Origin: Bacteroidales bacterium
GTDB taxonomy: Bacteria > Bacteroidota > Bacteroidia > Bacteroidales > CAIWKO01
Direction of reading: 5' to 3'
NCBI GenBank assembly: GCA_035389045.1
Contig: DAOORA010000015.1
Location: 1-64,000 of the forward strand
Length of the DNA: 64,000 bases
The position numbers were made by a program, and so were the translations under genes. This document shows positions 11,149-22,022 of this stretch, piece after piece; the stretch's first letter is position 1, and each line of letters begins with the position of its first letter. The notes under the pieces were generated by a model, which was given only the letters and a program-made list of their open reading frames with translations, did not search any database and was not told the origin of the DNA.

Positions 11149-11400
11149 ATGAATGCCTTTTTGTGGTTTCTTTTGATTGTTTTCATTTCCTGGTTTTTGT
11201 TCATATATATTCTTCCATTCTTTGTAAGGCTTTATTTGAAGCGGCTTCATGGAAAATTTGAAAAGCAGGCGGAGCAGCAGGAAAGGTCGAAAAAAGAAGA
11301 GGGTACTATTAATATTGACTATATCCCTGAAAACGAAAACAAAAGTGATAAAGAAGCCCCGGGAGAGTATGTAGACTACGAAGAAATTGATGATAAATAA
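11149..11400 (+). CDS. Small membrane protein (DUF4834-like)
   Basis: N-terminal TM segment and C-terminal GEYVDYEEI motif. Confidence 0.75.
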   Translation: MNAFLWFLLIVFISWFLFIYILPFFVRLYLKRLHGKFEKQAEQQERSKKEEGTINIDYIPENENKSDKEAPGEYVDYEEIDDK

Positions 11401-11412
11401 ACCTTATTTTTT

Positions 11413-14007
11413 ATGAATAGAATTGATTATAAACAACTGATTCCCTATGCAGTAGCCATTGTGGTTTTTATTGCCATTGCTCTGATCTATTTCAGTCCGC
11501 TGCTTGCGGGTAAGCAACTTTACCAGAGCGATATTGTCAATTACCGCGGCTCTGCCCAGGAAATCAAGGATTTTCGAAACGCAACGGGCGAAGAGGCATT
11601 ATGGACCAACAGCATGTTTGGAGGTATGCCGGCCTATCAGATCGATGTTTCTTTTAAAACCAATATTGCAAAAGTGCTGAACAACATGTTCAAACTCTGG
11701 CTTCCGCATCCGGCCAGCATTTTATTTGTACTTCTTTTGTGTTTTTTTATTTTACTTATTGCCATGAAAGCGGATCCGTGGCTTGCGGTGGTCGGTGCTA
11801 TAGCCTTTGCCTTTTCATCGTATTTTTTTCTCACGATCAGTGTGGGTCATAATGCCAAAACCCTCGCCATTGCTTATATGCCGGCCATATTAGCGGGCAT
11901 CATTCTGGCGTACCGCGGAAGGTATCTGGCTGGCGCTGCCCTTGCTGCATTATTCATGGCGGTCGAAATATCGGTGAACCATGTCCAGATGACCTATTAT
12001 TTTATGATGATCGCCGGATTCGTGGTCCTTTTTGAATTTATATACGCCATCATTAAGAAAAATCTGGCTAATTTCCTGAAAGCTTCTGCATTTTTAGTTG
12101 TCGCGGCAGGAATTTCCATTATTCCCAATATTTCAAATCTGTGGACTTCGTCCGAGTATATGGAAGAAACCATACGGGGCAAACCGGAGCTTACTTCCAA
12201 CAGCGAGGTCAGATCTTCCGGGCTGGATAAAGACTATATTACGCAATGGAGTTATGGAATTGGTGAGACATTTAGTTTCATGATTCCCAATGTAAAGGGG
12301 GGAGGCGACGCAGCGATTGGTGAAACCAAATCGGCTCTGGATAAAGTGGACAGGAATTACCGCAAGGAAATTGCACAAATGAACCATTATTGGGGCAATA
12401 TGCCTTTTACGGCAGGTCCTGTATATGCCGGAGCGTTTGTCTGCTTCCTGTTCATACTCGGACTATTCATTGTACGGGGAAAGTTAAAGTGGGCGTTGTT
12501 TGGGGTTACGGTACTTGCCATAATGCTTTCATGGGGGCATAATTTTATGCCGCTGACCGATTTTTTTATTAGTAATGTTCCGTTTTACAATAAATTCAGG
12601 GCTGTTTCATCCATACTTATTATTGTTGAATTAACCATTCCTTTGCTGGCCATGCTTGCCTTAAAGGAAATTGCTGATCATCCGGGGCTGATAAAGGAAA
12701 AGAAATCTGTGTTTTTTACCGCTCTGGGTTTGACAGCGGGCTTAACCCTGATCTTTGTTACGATGCCTGCAACATTTTTTGATTTTATTAAGGACACTGA
12801 AAAAACACAGTTTGATGAGTATCTGAAGCAGGGCGCAGCGCAGTCGCAGATCGACGATTTTATGAGTAACCTGGAGATTGCCCGTATATCAATTTTCAGG
12901 ATGTCATGCCTGCGGACCATTGCTTTTATTGTACTCGGTGCCGGATTGCTTTGGATGTACGCCTCGGTGAAAAAGATGAGTAAATACGTCCTTTATGCTG
13001 GTGTTGCCCTGCTGGTGTTGATTGATATGGTTCCGGTAGATAAAAAATATTTGAATAATGAAAAGTTTATTGAAAAAAATAAAAACGAAAATCCCTTTAC
13101 GCTTTCTGTGGCGGACAAGGCTATTCTTGAAGATACCGCCGCATCATACCGGGTGCTGAACCTGACGGCAGGCAACTTTACCACAGATGCAACGACATCT
13201 TTTTATCATAAATCCATAGGCGGATACCATGCCGCAAAACTCAGAAGATACCAAGACCTTATCGAAAACCGCATTATTAAAGAGCATGACCGTCTGATAA
13301 AAACGCTTAAGGCCAATGTCCCCGACTCGGTTCTGATGGCTACATTATATGGGCTTACTTCGCTGAATATGCTTAATACAAAATATTTCATCTATAATCC
13401 TGATGCAGGGCCGTTAAGGAATCCTGCAGCGCTTGGTAATGCATGGTTTGTGGAACAGGTCAGGATGGTTGAAAATCCGGATGAGGAAATCAAAGCCCTG
13501 GATAACTTCATTCCTTCCAATACAGCCATAGTGGATAAACGTTTTGAAAAGGAAGCCGGCGCATTCAGCGGAGGAAAACAAGCCGGGGCGAGCATTTTAC
13601 TCACGGATTACAAGCCCAATCACCTGACCTATGAAGCCAAAGACCTGACCAACAGCCAGCTTGCGGTATTTTCAGAGATCTATTATGATAAAGGGTGGAA
13701 AGCATATATTGACGGTACAGAAGCGCCATATTTCCGTGCGGATTATGTGCTTCGCGCTATGGTGATACCGGCAGGAAACCACAAGATTGAATTTAAATTT
13801 GAGCCGAAATCGTATGTTACAGGAGAAAAAATATCATTGGCAGGTTCTGTATTACTGGTTTTGCTTGTTGCCGGAGCCTTATTTTTTGAATACCGCAAAA
13901 AAAAGAAAACACCGGCGGAACCTCTTTCCCAAAATGTAGAAAAAGCAGATGCATCGCCGGCCAACAAAAGAAAGCAGAATATAGTCCCCAAACCAAAAAG
14001 GAAATAA
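11413..14007 (+). CDS. YfhO-family polytopic membrane protein (putative GT-C glycosyltransferase)
   Basis: WTNSMFGGMP, GGYHAAKL, FSEIYY..GWKAYIDG, PAGNHKIEFKF; many TM helices. Confidence 0.85.
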   Translation: MNRIDYKQLIPYAVAIVVFIAIALIYFSPLLAGKQLYQSDIVNYRGSAQEIKDFRNATGEEALWTNSMFGGMPAYQIDVSFKTNIAKVLNNMFKLWLPHPASILFVLLLCFFILLIAMKADPWLAVVGAIAFAFSSYFFLTISVGHNAKTLAIAYMPAILAGIILAYRGRYLAGAALAALFMAVEISVNHVQMTYYFMMIAGFVVLFEFIYAIIKKNLANFLKASAFLVVAAGISIIPNISNLWTSSEYMEETIRGKPELTSNSEVRSSGLDKDYITQWSYGIGETFSFMIPNVKGGGDAAIGETKSALDKVDRNYRKEIAQMNHYWGNMPFTAGPVYAGAFVCFLFILGLFIVRGKLKWALFGVTVLAIMLSWGHNFMPLTDFFISNVPFYNKFRAVSSILIIVELTIPLLAMLALKEIADHPGLIKEKKSVFFTALGLTAGLTLIFVTMPATFFDFIKDTEKTQFDEYLKQGAAQSQIDDFMSNLEIARISIFRMSCLRTIAFIVLGAGLLWMYASVKKMSKYVLYAGVALLVLIDMVPVDKKYLNNEKFIEKNKNENPFTLSVADKAILEDTAASYRVLNLTAGNFTTDATTSFYHKSIGGYHAAKLRRYQDLIENRIIKEHDRLIKTLKANVPDSVLMATLYGLTSLNMLNTKYFIYNPDAGPLRNPAALGNAWFVEQVRMVENPDEEIKALDNFIPSNTAIVDKRFEKEAGAFSGGKQAGASILLTDYKPNHLTYEAKDLTNSQLAVFSEIYYDKGWKAYIDGTEAPYFRADYVLRAMVIPAGNHKIEFKFEPKSYVTGEKISLAGSVLLVLLVAGALFFEYRKKKKTPAEPLSQNVEKADASPANKRKQNIVPKPKRK

Positions 14008-14028
14008 CTCCTGAGAGAATTTAGAAAA

Positions 14029-14652
14029 ATGATTGTAATTGTTGATTATGGTATGGGAAATATTGGCTCGATAGTCAATATGATAAAAAAGTCAGGTAGC
14101 GAAAGTATGGTCACCTCAGACCCCGTGATTATTGACAAGGCTGAAAAAATTATCATTCCCGGCGTCGGAGCATTTGATAACGGGATGAAAAACCTCAGCG
14201 AATACGGTTTAATAGACGTACTGAACAAAAAGGTGCTGGAAGAAAAAGTTCCCATACTGGGTATTTGCCTGGGAATGCAGCTTATGGCAAAAAGCAGCGA
14301 AGAAGGTGTTTTGCCGGGCCTGGGCTGGATAGACGGCGTTTGTAAAAAATTCCGGTTTGATGATAATAACAGTCATCTCAGGATACCCCACATGGGCTGG
14401 AACGAGGTGAATATCATAAAAAAAGATGGTATTTTCCGGAATATGTATGAGGATGCTTCATTTTATTTTGTGCACTCCTATCATGTGGTTTGCCATGATG
14501 CACAGGATGTGGCCGCTACCACAGGATACGGATATGAATTTACATCGAGTCTGCAGCACGAGAATATTTATGCAACGCAGTTTCATCCGGAAAAGAGTCA
14601 TAAATTCGGGTTGCTCGTCATGAAAAATTTTGCGGAGGCCTGTCATGCTTAA
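14029..14652 (+). CDS. hisH: HisH-like glutamine amidotransferase (glycan-associated, WbuY/HisH2 type)
   Basis: PGVGAF, LGICLGMQ, FHPEKS catalytic motifs; glycan-cluster context. Confidence 0.88.
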   Translation: MIVIVDYGMGNIGSIVNMIKKSGSESMVTSDPVIIDKAEKIIIPGVGAFDNGMKNLSEYGLIDVLNKKVLEEKVPILGICLGMQLMAKSSEEGVLPGLGWIDGVCKKFRFDDNNSHLRIPHMGWNEVNIIKKDGIFRNMYEDASFYFVHSYHVVCHDAQDVAATTGYGYEFTSSLQHENIYATQFHPEKSHKFGLLVMKNFAEACHA

Positions 14653-15403
14653 GATACGCGTGATACCCTGCCTGCTTCTGAAAAATGACGGACTGGTGAA
14701 GTCCGTTAAGTTCAAAAATCCGACCTATGTCGGAGACCCGATAAATGCTGTAAAGATTTTTAACGATAAAGAAGTGGATGAGCTGCTTTTTATCGATATC
14801 GAAGCTACCAAAAAAGGCCGCGGGCCTGATTATAGTCTTATTTCGCGCATCAGTTGCGAGGCATTTATGCCTTTTGGCTATGGCGGTGGCATCACCAACG
14901 TGGAGCAGGTAAAAAAACTTACCCGGCTGGGAGTTGAAAAAGTATCTCTCAACGCCAGTACAAGGAATGACCCGGAATTGATTACCCGTGCCGCCGAAGT
15001 GGCTGGTTCGCAGAGTGTGGTAGCATCTATTGATGTGAAAAAGGATATGTTGGGACGGTATCGTGTTTATGACTATACACAGCAAAAATCCACTTCGCTG
15101 GATCCTGTGGAATTTGCGCAAATGGTGGAGCACAGGGGTGCCGGCGAAATCTTTCTCAATTCGGTCGACCGCGACGGCACTTTTTCGGGATATGATACGG
15201 AACTGATAAAAAAGGTATCCCGTTCAGTTTCTATTCCTGTCGTTGCTGCGGGCGGCGCCGGCGATATCAGCCATTTTGCTGCTGCCGTCGAAAACGGGGC
15301 TTCAGCGGTAGCTGCAGGCAGTTTTTTCATTTTTTACGGGCCTCACAGGGCTGTGCTTATTACCTATCCGGATAAAAAATCTCTGAAAGAAATTTTTAGT
15401 TGA
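14645..15403 (+). CDS. HisF-like TIM barrel (AglZ/WbuZ/HisF2 acetamidino-modification type)
   Basis: HisF fold motifs (GDPINAV, DELL..DI, SVDRDGT), but VIPCLLL lacks the catalytic Asp of true HisF (IPCLD). Confidence 0.85.
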   Translation: MLKIRVIPCLLLKNDGLVKSVKFKNPTYVGDPINAVKIFNDKEVDELLFIDIEATKKGRGPDYSLISRISCEAFMPFGYGGGITNVEQVKKLTRLGVEKVSLNASTRNDPELITRAAEVAGSQSVVASIDVKKDMLGRYRVYDYTQQKSTSLDPVEFAQMVEHRGAGEIFLNSVDRDGTFSGYDTELIKKVSRSVSIPVVAAGGAGDISHFAAAVENGASAVAAGSFFIFYGPHRAVLITYPDKKSLKEIFS

Positions 15404-15489
15404 TATTTTTATCATATATTTTTATTTAATACGTCTACGCGACTGGAATTATGTGAAAAGACATTATGCGTTTTGGCTGGCGATTCGGG

Positions 15490-16989
15490 TCATCTTGAAA
15501 CAACCAGTCTTATAACGGACTGTAAATTACTGACAGTAGAAAGTCTTACGATATAGATTCCATTGGAAATACCGTCAAGAGAAATAGTTTCTTCCTGGAA
15601 CTGAAGTCCTTCTTTTTGAAAAACAACCCTGCCCTTAAGATCAGTAAGACTGATGCGCATGACGGGGTCATTGGGATCAATGTTTTTTATGTAGATCGCA
15701 TCACTGGCCGGATTTGGCATTACGGTGCCGTATTCTTTTTCCGGCTGTGCTATCTGTGTATTGACATTGGAAATATTCAGGGTGTAATCTTCCGTCTCAC
15801 CGTAATCTCGCGTGGAGCAGGGATCGGTGCTACTGAATCCTTCATCATTATAGGCGCATCGTACACGCATTACCACGCTGCCGTTATAGGCATTTGGGGG
15901 AACCGTAAAACTGAAATTCACCACCTGGTTGTTTGTAATGGCCTGCTGCTGACCAAGATATTCGTTTGCATCCAGAAAATCGGAGTCGCCGTTGAAATCG
16001 ATCCATACGGCAATTTTTCCGTAATTTACAGGATTACCGTTATCGGTGTATCTCACGCCGGCATTATACGTGCTGTTTGCATCAACGTTGGTGGAGTATG
16101 CGGTATAATCCGAATAAGCCGGAGGAGCATTCGTGATCGTGGTTGTATTATTTATGCTCCCGCACGACACATTGGTAATCCCCACATACTGGCAATCATT
16201 CCATGGAGAACAGTTGCCATACTGATGATAAGGTCTGCAGTAACTGGTTATGATCCTGGTTCCGGTGATTACGATGTCATCCACAATAAAAGCAGGTCCG
16301 CTACCGCCCGTAATATCATTATTCCAGAAAAATGCAATTTGAAATATGGTGTCGTTACAAGCTGCCGGCAGATTGTAAGTTGCGGTATTAACAGCCTGTC
16401 CTGTATTGCATAACTTACCTGTATTGTTATAACCACCTGAAGTCAGTTTGGTCCAGGTACCGCCCGTGCCGGTCCGGTATCCTGCCTGGCCATAGTCTAC
16501 CGGATTTCCACCGTAAATTTCACCGCCACATTTCCAGTTAAATGTGAGTACCATGTTCTGATACCCGGTGGAATTTACAGTATGATAGATATGGCGATCG
16601 GTAGTCGTAGTGGCGGTATTATAAGTTCCTACTCCATAATAAGATCCGTCCCAGGCAATGACATTGGAAGCATTGATATAACATATCTGTGCGGAGCGGA
16701 TGCCATTGATGATGCGCACTCCGGCTGTCTGGTATGTGCAGGATGGGCAATAATTGGCGCCGCTGAATGAGCACCAGAGATTACGGATGGCATTATTGGG
16801 GTCGGTTGAATTCTGAAGCCAGCCATTGACAGGAGTTAAGGCACCGAAAGCTCCTTCTGAAGTATAATTTTCAAAATCTTCTTTATAAAGTACATCTGTC
16901 TGCGCTGATACGCTTAAAAGTAAACTGGTTATCGTAAAGGCAAAGGCCAAAAACCTTTTGGTGTCCGATAAAAGTGATATGTTGCTCAT
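15490..16989 (-). CDS. Secreted protein with GEVED domain and T9SS type A CTD
   Basis: Signal peptide; WIDFNGDSDF...GETEDY (GEVED); PNPA...GIYIVRL CTD. Confidence 0.85.
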   Translation of the reverse strand: MSNISLLSDTKRFLAFAFTITSLLLSVSAQTDVLYKEDFENYTSEGAFGALTPVNGWLQNSTDPNNAIRNLWCSFSGANYCPSCTYQTAGVRIINGIRSAQICYINASNVIAWDGSYYGVGTYNTATTTTDRHIYHTVNSTGYQNMVLTFNWKCGGEIYGGNPVDYGQAGYRTGTGGTWTKLTSGGYNNTGKLCNTGQAVNTATYNLPAACNDTIFQIAFFWNNDITGGSGPAFIVDDIVITGTRIITSYCRPYHQYGNCSPWNDCQYVGITNVSCGSINNTTTITNAPPAYSDYTAYSTNVDANSTYNAGVRYTDNGNPVNYGKIAVWIDFNGDSDFLDANEYLGQQQAITNNQVVNFSFTVPPNAYNGSVVMRVRCAYNDEGFSSTDPCSTRDYGETEDYTLNISNVNTQIAQPEKEYGTVMPNPASDAIYIKNIDPNDPVMRISLTDLKGRVVFQKEGLQFQEETISLDGISNGIYIVRLSTVSNLQSVIRLVVSR

Positions 16990-17097
16990 ATGCTGATTTT
17001 GTTAATAGGTTTTTTTACTGAGGATATTTAAGGATACAGAAAAAAAACTTTTTCAATACCTGAAACAAGGAAAGATTATCATGCGGTTGGCAGCAAA

Positions 17098-18603
17098 TTA
17101 TTTTTTTCGTGTATGTATTTTTTTTAGCTTATCTATTGCCAGGTCTGCAAGATCATTAACATCGGCGGAAAACTTCAGATAGTAACAGCTTAGCCCATAG
17201 ATAATAATGGCAGGAACCGATACTACCAGTATCTGAAGTATGGGATGGCCGGGTTTCGGAATGAAATACGAGATTATGATCATTGCGGAAATGAGCAGCA
17301 CTACTTTCAGTGAATTAAATGTGAATGGTTGTATTCTCCATTTAGTGTATATAAAAATATATTTGAATAAATTATACAGAACTATTGAGATCAGAACCGA
17401 AAGACAGGCGCCATACATATTAAGTAATGGAATCAGGATCAGGTTCAGCCCGATGGTAAGCATACCTATGGCAAACAACAGGACAAGATTAAATTTATAA
17501 TGTTTGTGTGAATTCATCAGAATTTCGGTATTGACGCCGGTGACAGCATCGACAAAACGCGCCAGGGCAATAATCAAAGCAACGTATTTTCCCGGTAAGT
17601 ATAGTTCCTTGTTGGGGATCAGCGATAAAAGAGCTTCAACGTTTATCCATACCAGCAGGAAGATAAGTCCGGTGATTATGGTTTGGTTTATGGAAGTTTT
17701 TTTGTAGATCTCGTCAATCTTGTCCAGATCGTTGTTTTTCCAGGCATCAGCAATGATAGGGACGGATATTTGCGCAATGGCTTTGCGCGGCACCTCTATC
17801 ACGTTGCCAAGCAGGTATGAAATACTGTAAACTCCGGCAAAATACAATCCCGACAAGGAACTAAGCATGATGACATCCATGCGTGCGAGAGCAAAAGCGC
17901 CCAGGCTGCCGAAAAATACAAAAATCCAGTAAGTGATCATCTGATTTTTCAGGCCGGATTTGAGGAAATGAAAATCTGGTTTGAAATGCAGGACATTCAG
18001 TGATCTCAGGTAAAATACCAGTACAACCAGTGCAACACCAAACGAAAGAACATACAGGTTGATAAAGGTTTTTATATTGATAACGCTGTATAATAGCAGC
18101 AAAATAATGATGAAATACAGAAATTTGTTCAACACTTCCCGCAAAAGGTTGGGGACGACTATTCTCAGCTGAAGGCTGCTGTATGTTTCAAAGATCTGGT
18201 AGTACATCGTGATAAAGATCAGCGGGATAAAATAATAGTAGTATTCAACGATGAGGGGTGATTTCTGAATGAAAAGTCCTGCAAACTGATCCTTAAAGAT
18301 TACCAGTAAAGTACAGAGTATGGTAAAGCCTATAATGGGTATTGTGATAAGGTAAAAAAGAAACCCGTTATCCTTGTTTTTTTTATCCCTGAAATAGCTG
18401 TAAAATTTAGTGGCAACGCTCCATATCCCAAGCTGAGCCATGACGGCAAACATATATCCTCCGTCGTACAAAACTCTTACCAGTCCTATTTCTTCCGGTT
18501 TCAGTATTATCGGCGAAAGCAGCAGCAGATTGACATAGCCCAGCATCATGCCGCAATAGACCACTATGGTGCTTTTTATGCTTTGTCTTCTTATTACACC
18601 CAC
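17098..18603 (-). CDS. Wzx-type oligosaccharide flippase
   Basis: MGVIRRQSIK start (GTG); ~12-14 TM segments; polysaccharide-exporter pattern. Confidence 0.85.
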   Translation of the reverse strand: MGVIRRQSIKSTIVVYCGMMLGYVNLLLLSPIILKPEEIGLVRVLYDGGYMFAVMAQLGIWSVATKFYSYFRDKKNKDNGFLFYLITIPIIGFTILCTLLVIFKDQFAGLFIQKSPLIVEYYYYFIPLIFITMYYQIFETYSSLQLRIVVPNLLREVLNKFLYFIIILLLLYSVINIKTFINLYVLSFGVALVVLVFYLRSLNVLHFKPDFHFLKSGLKNQMITYWIFVFFGSLGAFALARMDVIMLSSLSGLYFAGVYSISYLLGNVIEVPRKAIAQISVPIIADAWKNNDLDKIDEIYKKTSINQTIITGLIFLLVWINVEALLSLIPNKELYLPGKYVALIIALARFVDAVTGVNTEILMNSHKHYKFNLVLLFAIGMLTIGLNLILIPLLNMYGACLSVLISIVLYNLFKYIFIYTKWRIQPFTFNSLKVVLLISAMIIISYFIPKPGHPILQILVVSVPAIIIYGLSCYYLKFSADVNDLADLAIDKLKKIHTRKK

Positions 18604-18764
18604 AGAAATATGATGTTTTGCACAAAATTAACCGAAAGTTTGACAATCCATCAAAAATTAACCGAAAAGTACAGGGGGTAAACAGCATCTGGCCAGCATG
18701 ATTTTATGTTGAATCTGAAACATAGGGATGAAAATTTATACATATTTTTGTAAAAAATAATTCA

Positions 18765-19622
18765 ATGAGATACGCCATCATCACCCCTGTCTTTAATGAA
18801 GAGAAAAGCATACAAAACCTGCTGGACTCCGTAACCGGGCAAACCCTCAAACCGGTGCAGTGGGTCATTTATGATGATGGATCAACGGACAATACTGCAG
18901 CGATTATCAACGGGTATATCATCCGTTACCCCTGGATAAAACTTGTTCAGAACAAGGCCAAGGACAAACACATGGCGGGAACCAATATTGCCCGCATTTT
19001 TAATAATTGTTACCGAACTTATATAGTTCCCGATATAGATTTTGTGGTAAAACTGGATGCCGATCTGAGCCTGAAACCCGATTATTTCGAAGCGGTGGCT
19101 GCGCATTTTGCCTCCGACGAAAAGCTGGCTGTTTGCGGCGGGATTTGTCTGGTTGAGAAAAATGGCGAATGGATACGCGAAAAGATAACCAATAAAGATC
19201 ATGTCAGGGGGGCTATCAAGGCATACCGCAAGGAGTTTCTTGACCTGATCGGCGGGCTTAAAGAAATTGACGGATGGGATGCCGTGGACGAAATGCTGGC
19301 TAAATTTCACCAGTATACCATTCTTGCCGACCAATCCCTTGAAGTGCTGCATCACAGGCCCACCGACAAGAAGACCGGCCATCTGAAAGCCCACAAAATG
19401 ACAGGCCGCGGTTGCTATTATGAGGGTTTTAACTTCTGGACAGCATGTATTTCCTGTTCTAAACGAATCAAGTACCGGCCGATTATTATCGGGCCTTTTA
19501 TTGCGCTGGGAACTTATATTATTATGTTTTTTGGAAAGGAGAAACCGGTGGTGACAAAGGAAGAAGCCCGCTTTATCAACAAACTCGTTTTCAATAATGC
19601 CATGAAAAAAGTCTTCGGATGA
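18765..19622 (+). CDS. Family 2 glycosyltransferase
   Basis: IITPVFNEE, DDGSTD, DAD, GWD motifs. Confidence 0.9.
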   Translation: MRYAIITPVFNEEKSIQNLLDSVTGQTLKPVQWVIYDDGSTDNTAAIINGYIIRYPWIKLVQNKAKDKHMAGTNIARIFNNCYRTYIVPDIDFVVKLDADLSLKPDYFEAVAAHFASDEKLAVCGGICLVEKNGEWIREKITNKDHVRGAIKAYRKEFLDLIGGLKEIDGWDAVDEMLAKFHQYTILADQSLEVLHHRPTDKKTGHLKAHKMTGRGCYYEGFNFWTACISCSKRIKYRPIIIGPFIALGTYIIMFFGKEKPVVTKEEARFINKLVFNNAMKKVFG

Positions 19623-20389
19623 TCGACAACAAAGAATATTACGAGCAGTATCAGTGGGATGTCATCGAAGAATCGGGACTTTCAGGAAAAATTTCCAAAT
19701 TTCTGGAAACCATACCCGAAGATGTCACCTCAATTATTGATGTAGGCTGCGGAAACGGGATCATCACCAACGAACTGGGGGAAAAATACCGTGTATTGGG
19801 AGTAGACCGCAGCGCCAATGCCCTTGCACACGTAAAAACCGAAAAACTGCAGGCCTCATCCGATCAGATTCCTTTGCCCGATGCCTCTTTTGATATGGCG
19901 CTATCAAGCGAAATGATAGAGCACCTTGACGATGAAACCCTGAAAAAAACTATCGGGGAAATAAAAAGGTTATCGAAAAAATATATTTTTATCACCGTGC
20001 CCAACAATGAAAACCTGAACAAATTTCAGATACATTGTCCCGAATGTGGCAAAAATTATAACCATTCCTATCATCTGCAGAGTTTTACCGCAGATAAAAT
20101 GATAAAATTGTTTCCAGGGGCTGAGGTTAAAAAGGTGTTTTATTACGGCGCTTCCGTCCGCAGATATAACAATACGCTGGCAAAGCTGAAGATGAAGATA
20201 TGCCCTCCGGCATCGTGGTTTCCTTATTTCGCCCAAAAGGTCAGGGATGAAAAGACCATGTGCCCTTTCTGTGAACATAAATTTGTACACAATTATAAGT
20301 TCAATATAGTGGCATTCATTATTGATGTGTTCAATATGGTTATTTCAAGGAAAGTTCCTTACTGGATCTTTGTTTTGTTCCGAAAATAA
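19619..20389 (+). CDS. Class I SAM-dependent methyltransferase with two CxxC motifs
   Basis: DVGCGNG, EMIEHL; CPEC and CPFC; ATGA overlap with the upstream GT2. Confidence 0.85.
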   Translation: MIDNKEYYEQYQWDVIEESGLSGKISKFLETIPEDVTSIIDVGCGNGIITNELGEKYRVLGVDRSANALAHVKTEKLQASSDQIPLPDASFDMALSSEMIEHLDDETLKKTIGEIKRLSKKYIFITVPNNENLNKFQIHCPECGKNYNHSYHLQSFTADKMIKLFPGAEVKKVFYYGASVRRYNNTLAKLKMKICPPASWFPYFAQKVRDEKTMCPFCEHKFVHNYKFNIVAFIIDVFNMVISRKVPYWIFVLFRK

Positions 20390-20438
20390 TGGAGGCCCGG
20401 GAAGGCATGAACGACAAGGCAATTATCAACGTAAAAAA

Positions 20439-21653
20439 TCAGTATTTGATGAATTTTGCTGCTTTTATCCCGGTTACCGAATATGCTTTAATAAAATACA
20501 AGCCTTTCGGATAACTTAGAACATTCAGGCTGATATTTCTTGCATTTTTATAATTTTCAGAGAAGATAAATTTTCCTGCAATATCAAAAATCTCAATTTG
20601 TTGAATGGCGTTTGATTCGATATTAATAATCTCTGTTGCCGGATCAGGATAAACCTGAAATCGGACGGACTCTGAATTATTTTCTTTGACTCCAACACTT
20701 ATTGTAAATTCCCACAAATCAGTATTGAAATTGGTGATATTTGATATTCCAAAACCACAGTACCCCGTGTTATTAATACAAAAACCTGTATTGTCATCTC
20801 TATATCCGCCTGTAAAATCTCCAATCCAGTTCCAATTGTCACCATTATAATTGTATTGCCAAACATCTTTTTTCAATTGTCCTGCATATCCACCCACGAC
20901 ATAACCATCATCACCAACATAAAAACTTGCCGGGGAATAAAGTCCGCCACCCGGGAAATTCGCTTTTTGAATCCATGTGTCCGATGTTGAGTAGTATAGC
21001 CACAAGTCACTGCAGTATAAGGAATTCTGTGTAATCCCGAGCCCAAAGAAAAACCGTTCTTTACTTCTGAAACTGACTCCGTGTAATCTGGCGCCACCGG
21101 GAAAACTTGTTTTCTGAGTCCAGGTGTCAGTTGCAGGATCATACATCCACCAGATGTTTTGTTGATTTTGATTAACATCTAAACCAATTCCAACATATAT
21201 TTTATTATCTATGGTATAGCTAATTGCTCCACCCAATGGGCCAAATGGTAGATTGGTTTTTTGTGTCCATGAATCGGTGGCTGGGTTATAAGACCAAAAA
21301 TCACCTAAGATGGTGTTATTTCCGGCTCCGCCATTCCAATGTACCCCGCCCATCATATAGGCAATCCCGTTCACAACCTCAATATTGGTTCTTCTTCTGG
21401 ATGTGCCAGGCATATTTGCTTTTTGAGACCATGTGTCAGTTAACTTATCATATGCCCACATATCCTGAAAATTAAGGACACCACTGCCTGTTCCGCTACA
21501 AATGTAGGCATTGTTACCAATGACAAAACTAACGGCCCCATAACGGCCGGGTGCGGGCAAACTTGCTTTTTGTGTCCATCCGTAAACTTGTGCAAAAAGG
21601 GAGGCTGAAATAAATATAAATGATATACAAAAGGCAATTAATTTTTTCATCAT
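20439..21653 (-). CDS. Kelch-repeat protein with T9SS type A CTD
   Basis: Repeated YDP.TD.WTQK..FPG blades; signal peptide MKKLIAF; YP.PA...KGLYFI..KFIK CTD. Confidence 0.88.
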   Translation of the reverse strand: MMKKLIAFCISFIFISASLFAQVYGWTQKASLPAPGRYGAVSFVIGNNAYICSGTGSGVLNFQDMWAYDKLTDTWSQKANMPGTSRRRTNIEVVNGIAYMMGGVHWNGGAGNNTILGDFWSYNPATDSWTQKTNLPFGPLGGAISYTIDNKIYVGIGLDVNQNQQNIWWMYDPATDTWTQKTSFPGGARLHGVSFRSKERFFFGLGITQNSLYCSDLWLYYSTSDTWIQKANFPGGGLYSPASFYVGDDGYVVGGYAGQLKKDVWQYNYNGDNWNWIGDFTGGYRDDNTGFCINNTGYCGFGISNITNFNTDLWEFTISVGVKENNSESVRFQVYPDPATEIINIESNAIQQIEIFDIAGKFIFSENYKNARNISLNVLSYPKGLYFIKAYSVTGIKAAKFIKY

Positions 21654-22022
21654 GAATGTATCTGATAAAACAAAACTACGCAATAATACAAAGCTAATGT
21701 ACAGAAGCACAGAAATAAAAATCAATGTGCTATACGATAACATTGCTCAGGGTTTAGAAATTTATGTTGGTGCTATCCCGTTCCCAAACGGAATCGGTTA
21801 CCCCGGCCATATACGCGAGTCTTTAAACCGTAGAAAAATTGCTTTTGATAAGAACTATAACATCGATAATTATTGCCGATGCAATATCAGCGTTGTCGTT
21901 AATATCGTAGTCTATTATCTGACACGTTGAATACCAGGGAAAGTCGTTGAGTGTTTTACGTATTCATGCACTTAACATACAGGTTGTTAGGTCGTTATGA
22001 AACCAATATCATGATTTCATTT

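Noticed and set aside
14029..15403. Histidine biosynthesis operon
   Set aside because: No other his genes, the HisF catalytic Asp is missing, and the context is a glycan cluster
15616..16413. 265 aa antisense ORF and other short overlapping ORFs in the track
   Set aside because: Shadow frames of well-supported genes with no motifs
21654..22022. Integron attC-like site or small gene between the Kelch genes
   Set aside because: An ACCTAAC is present but there is no matching long palindrome or integrase; the 92 aa plus-strand ORF has no recognisable features
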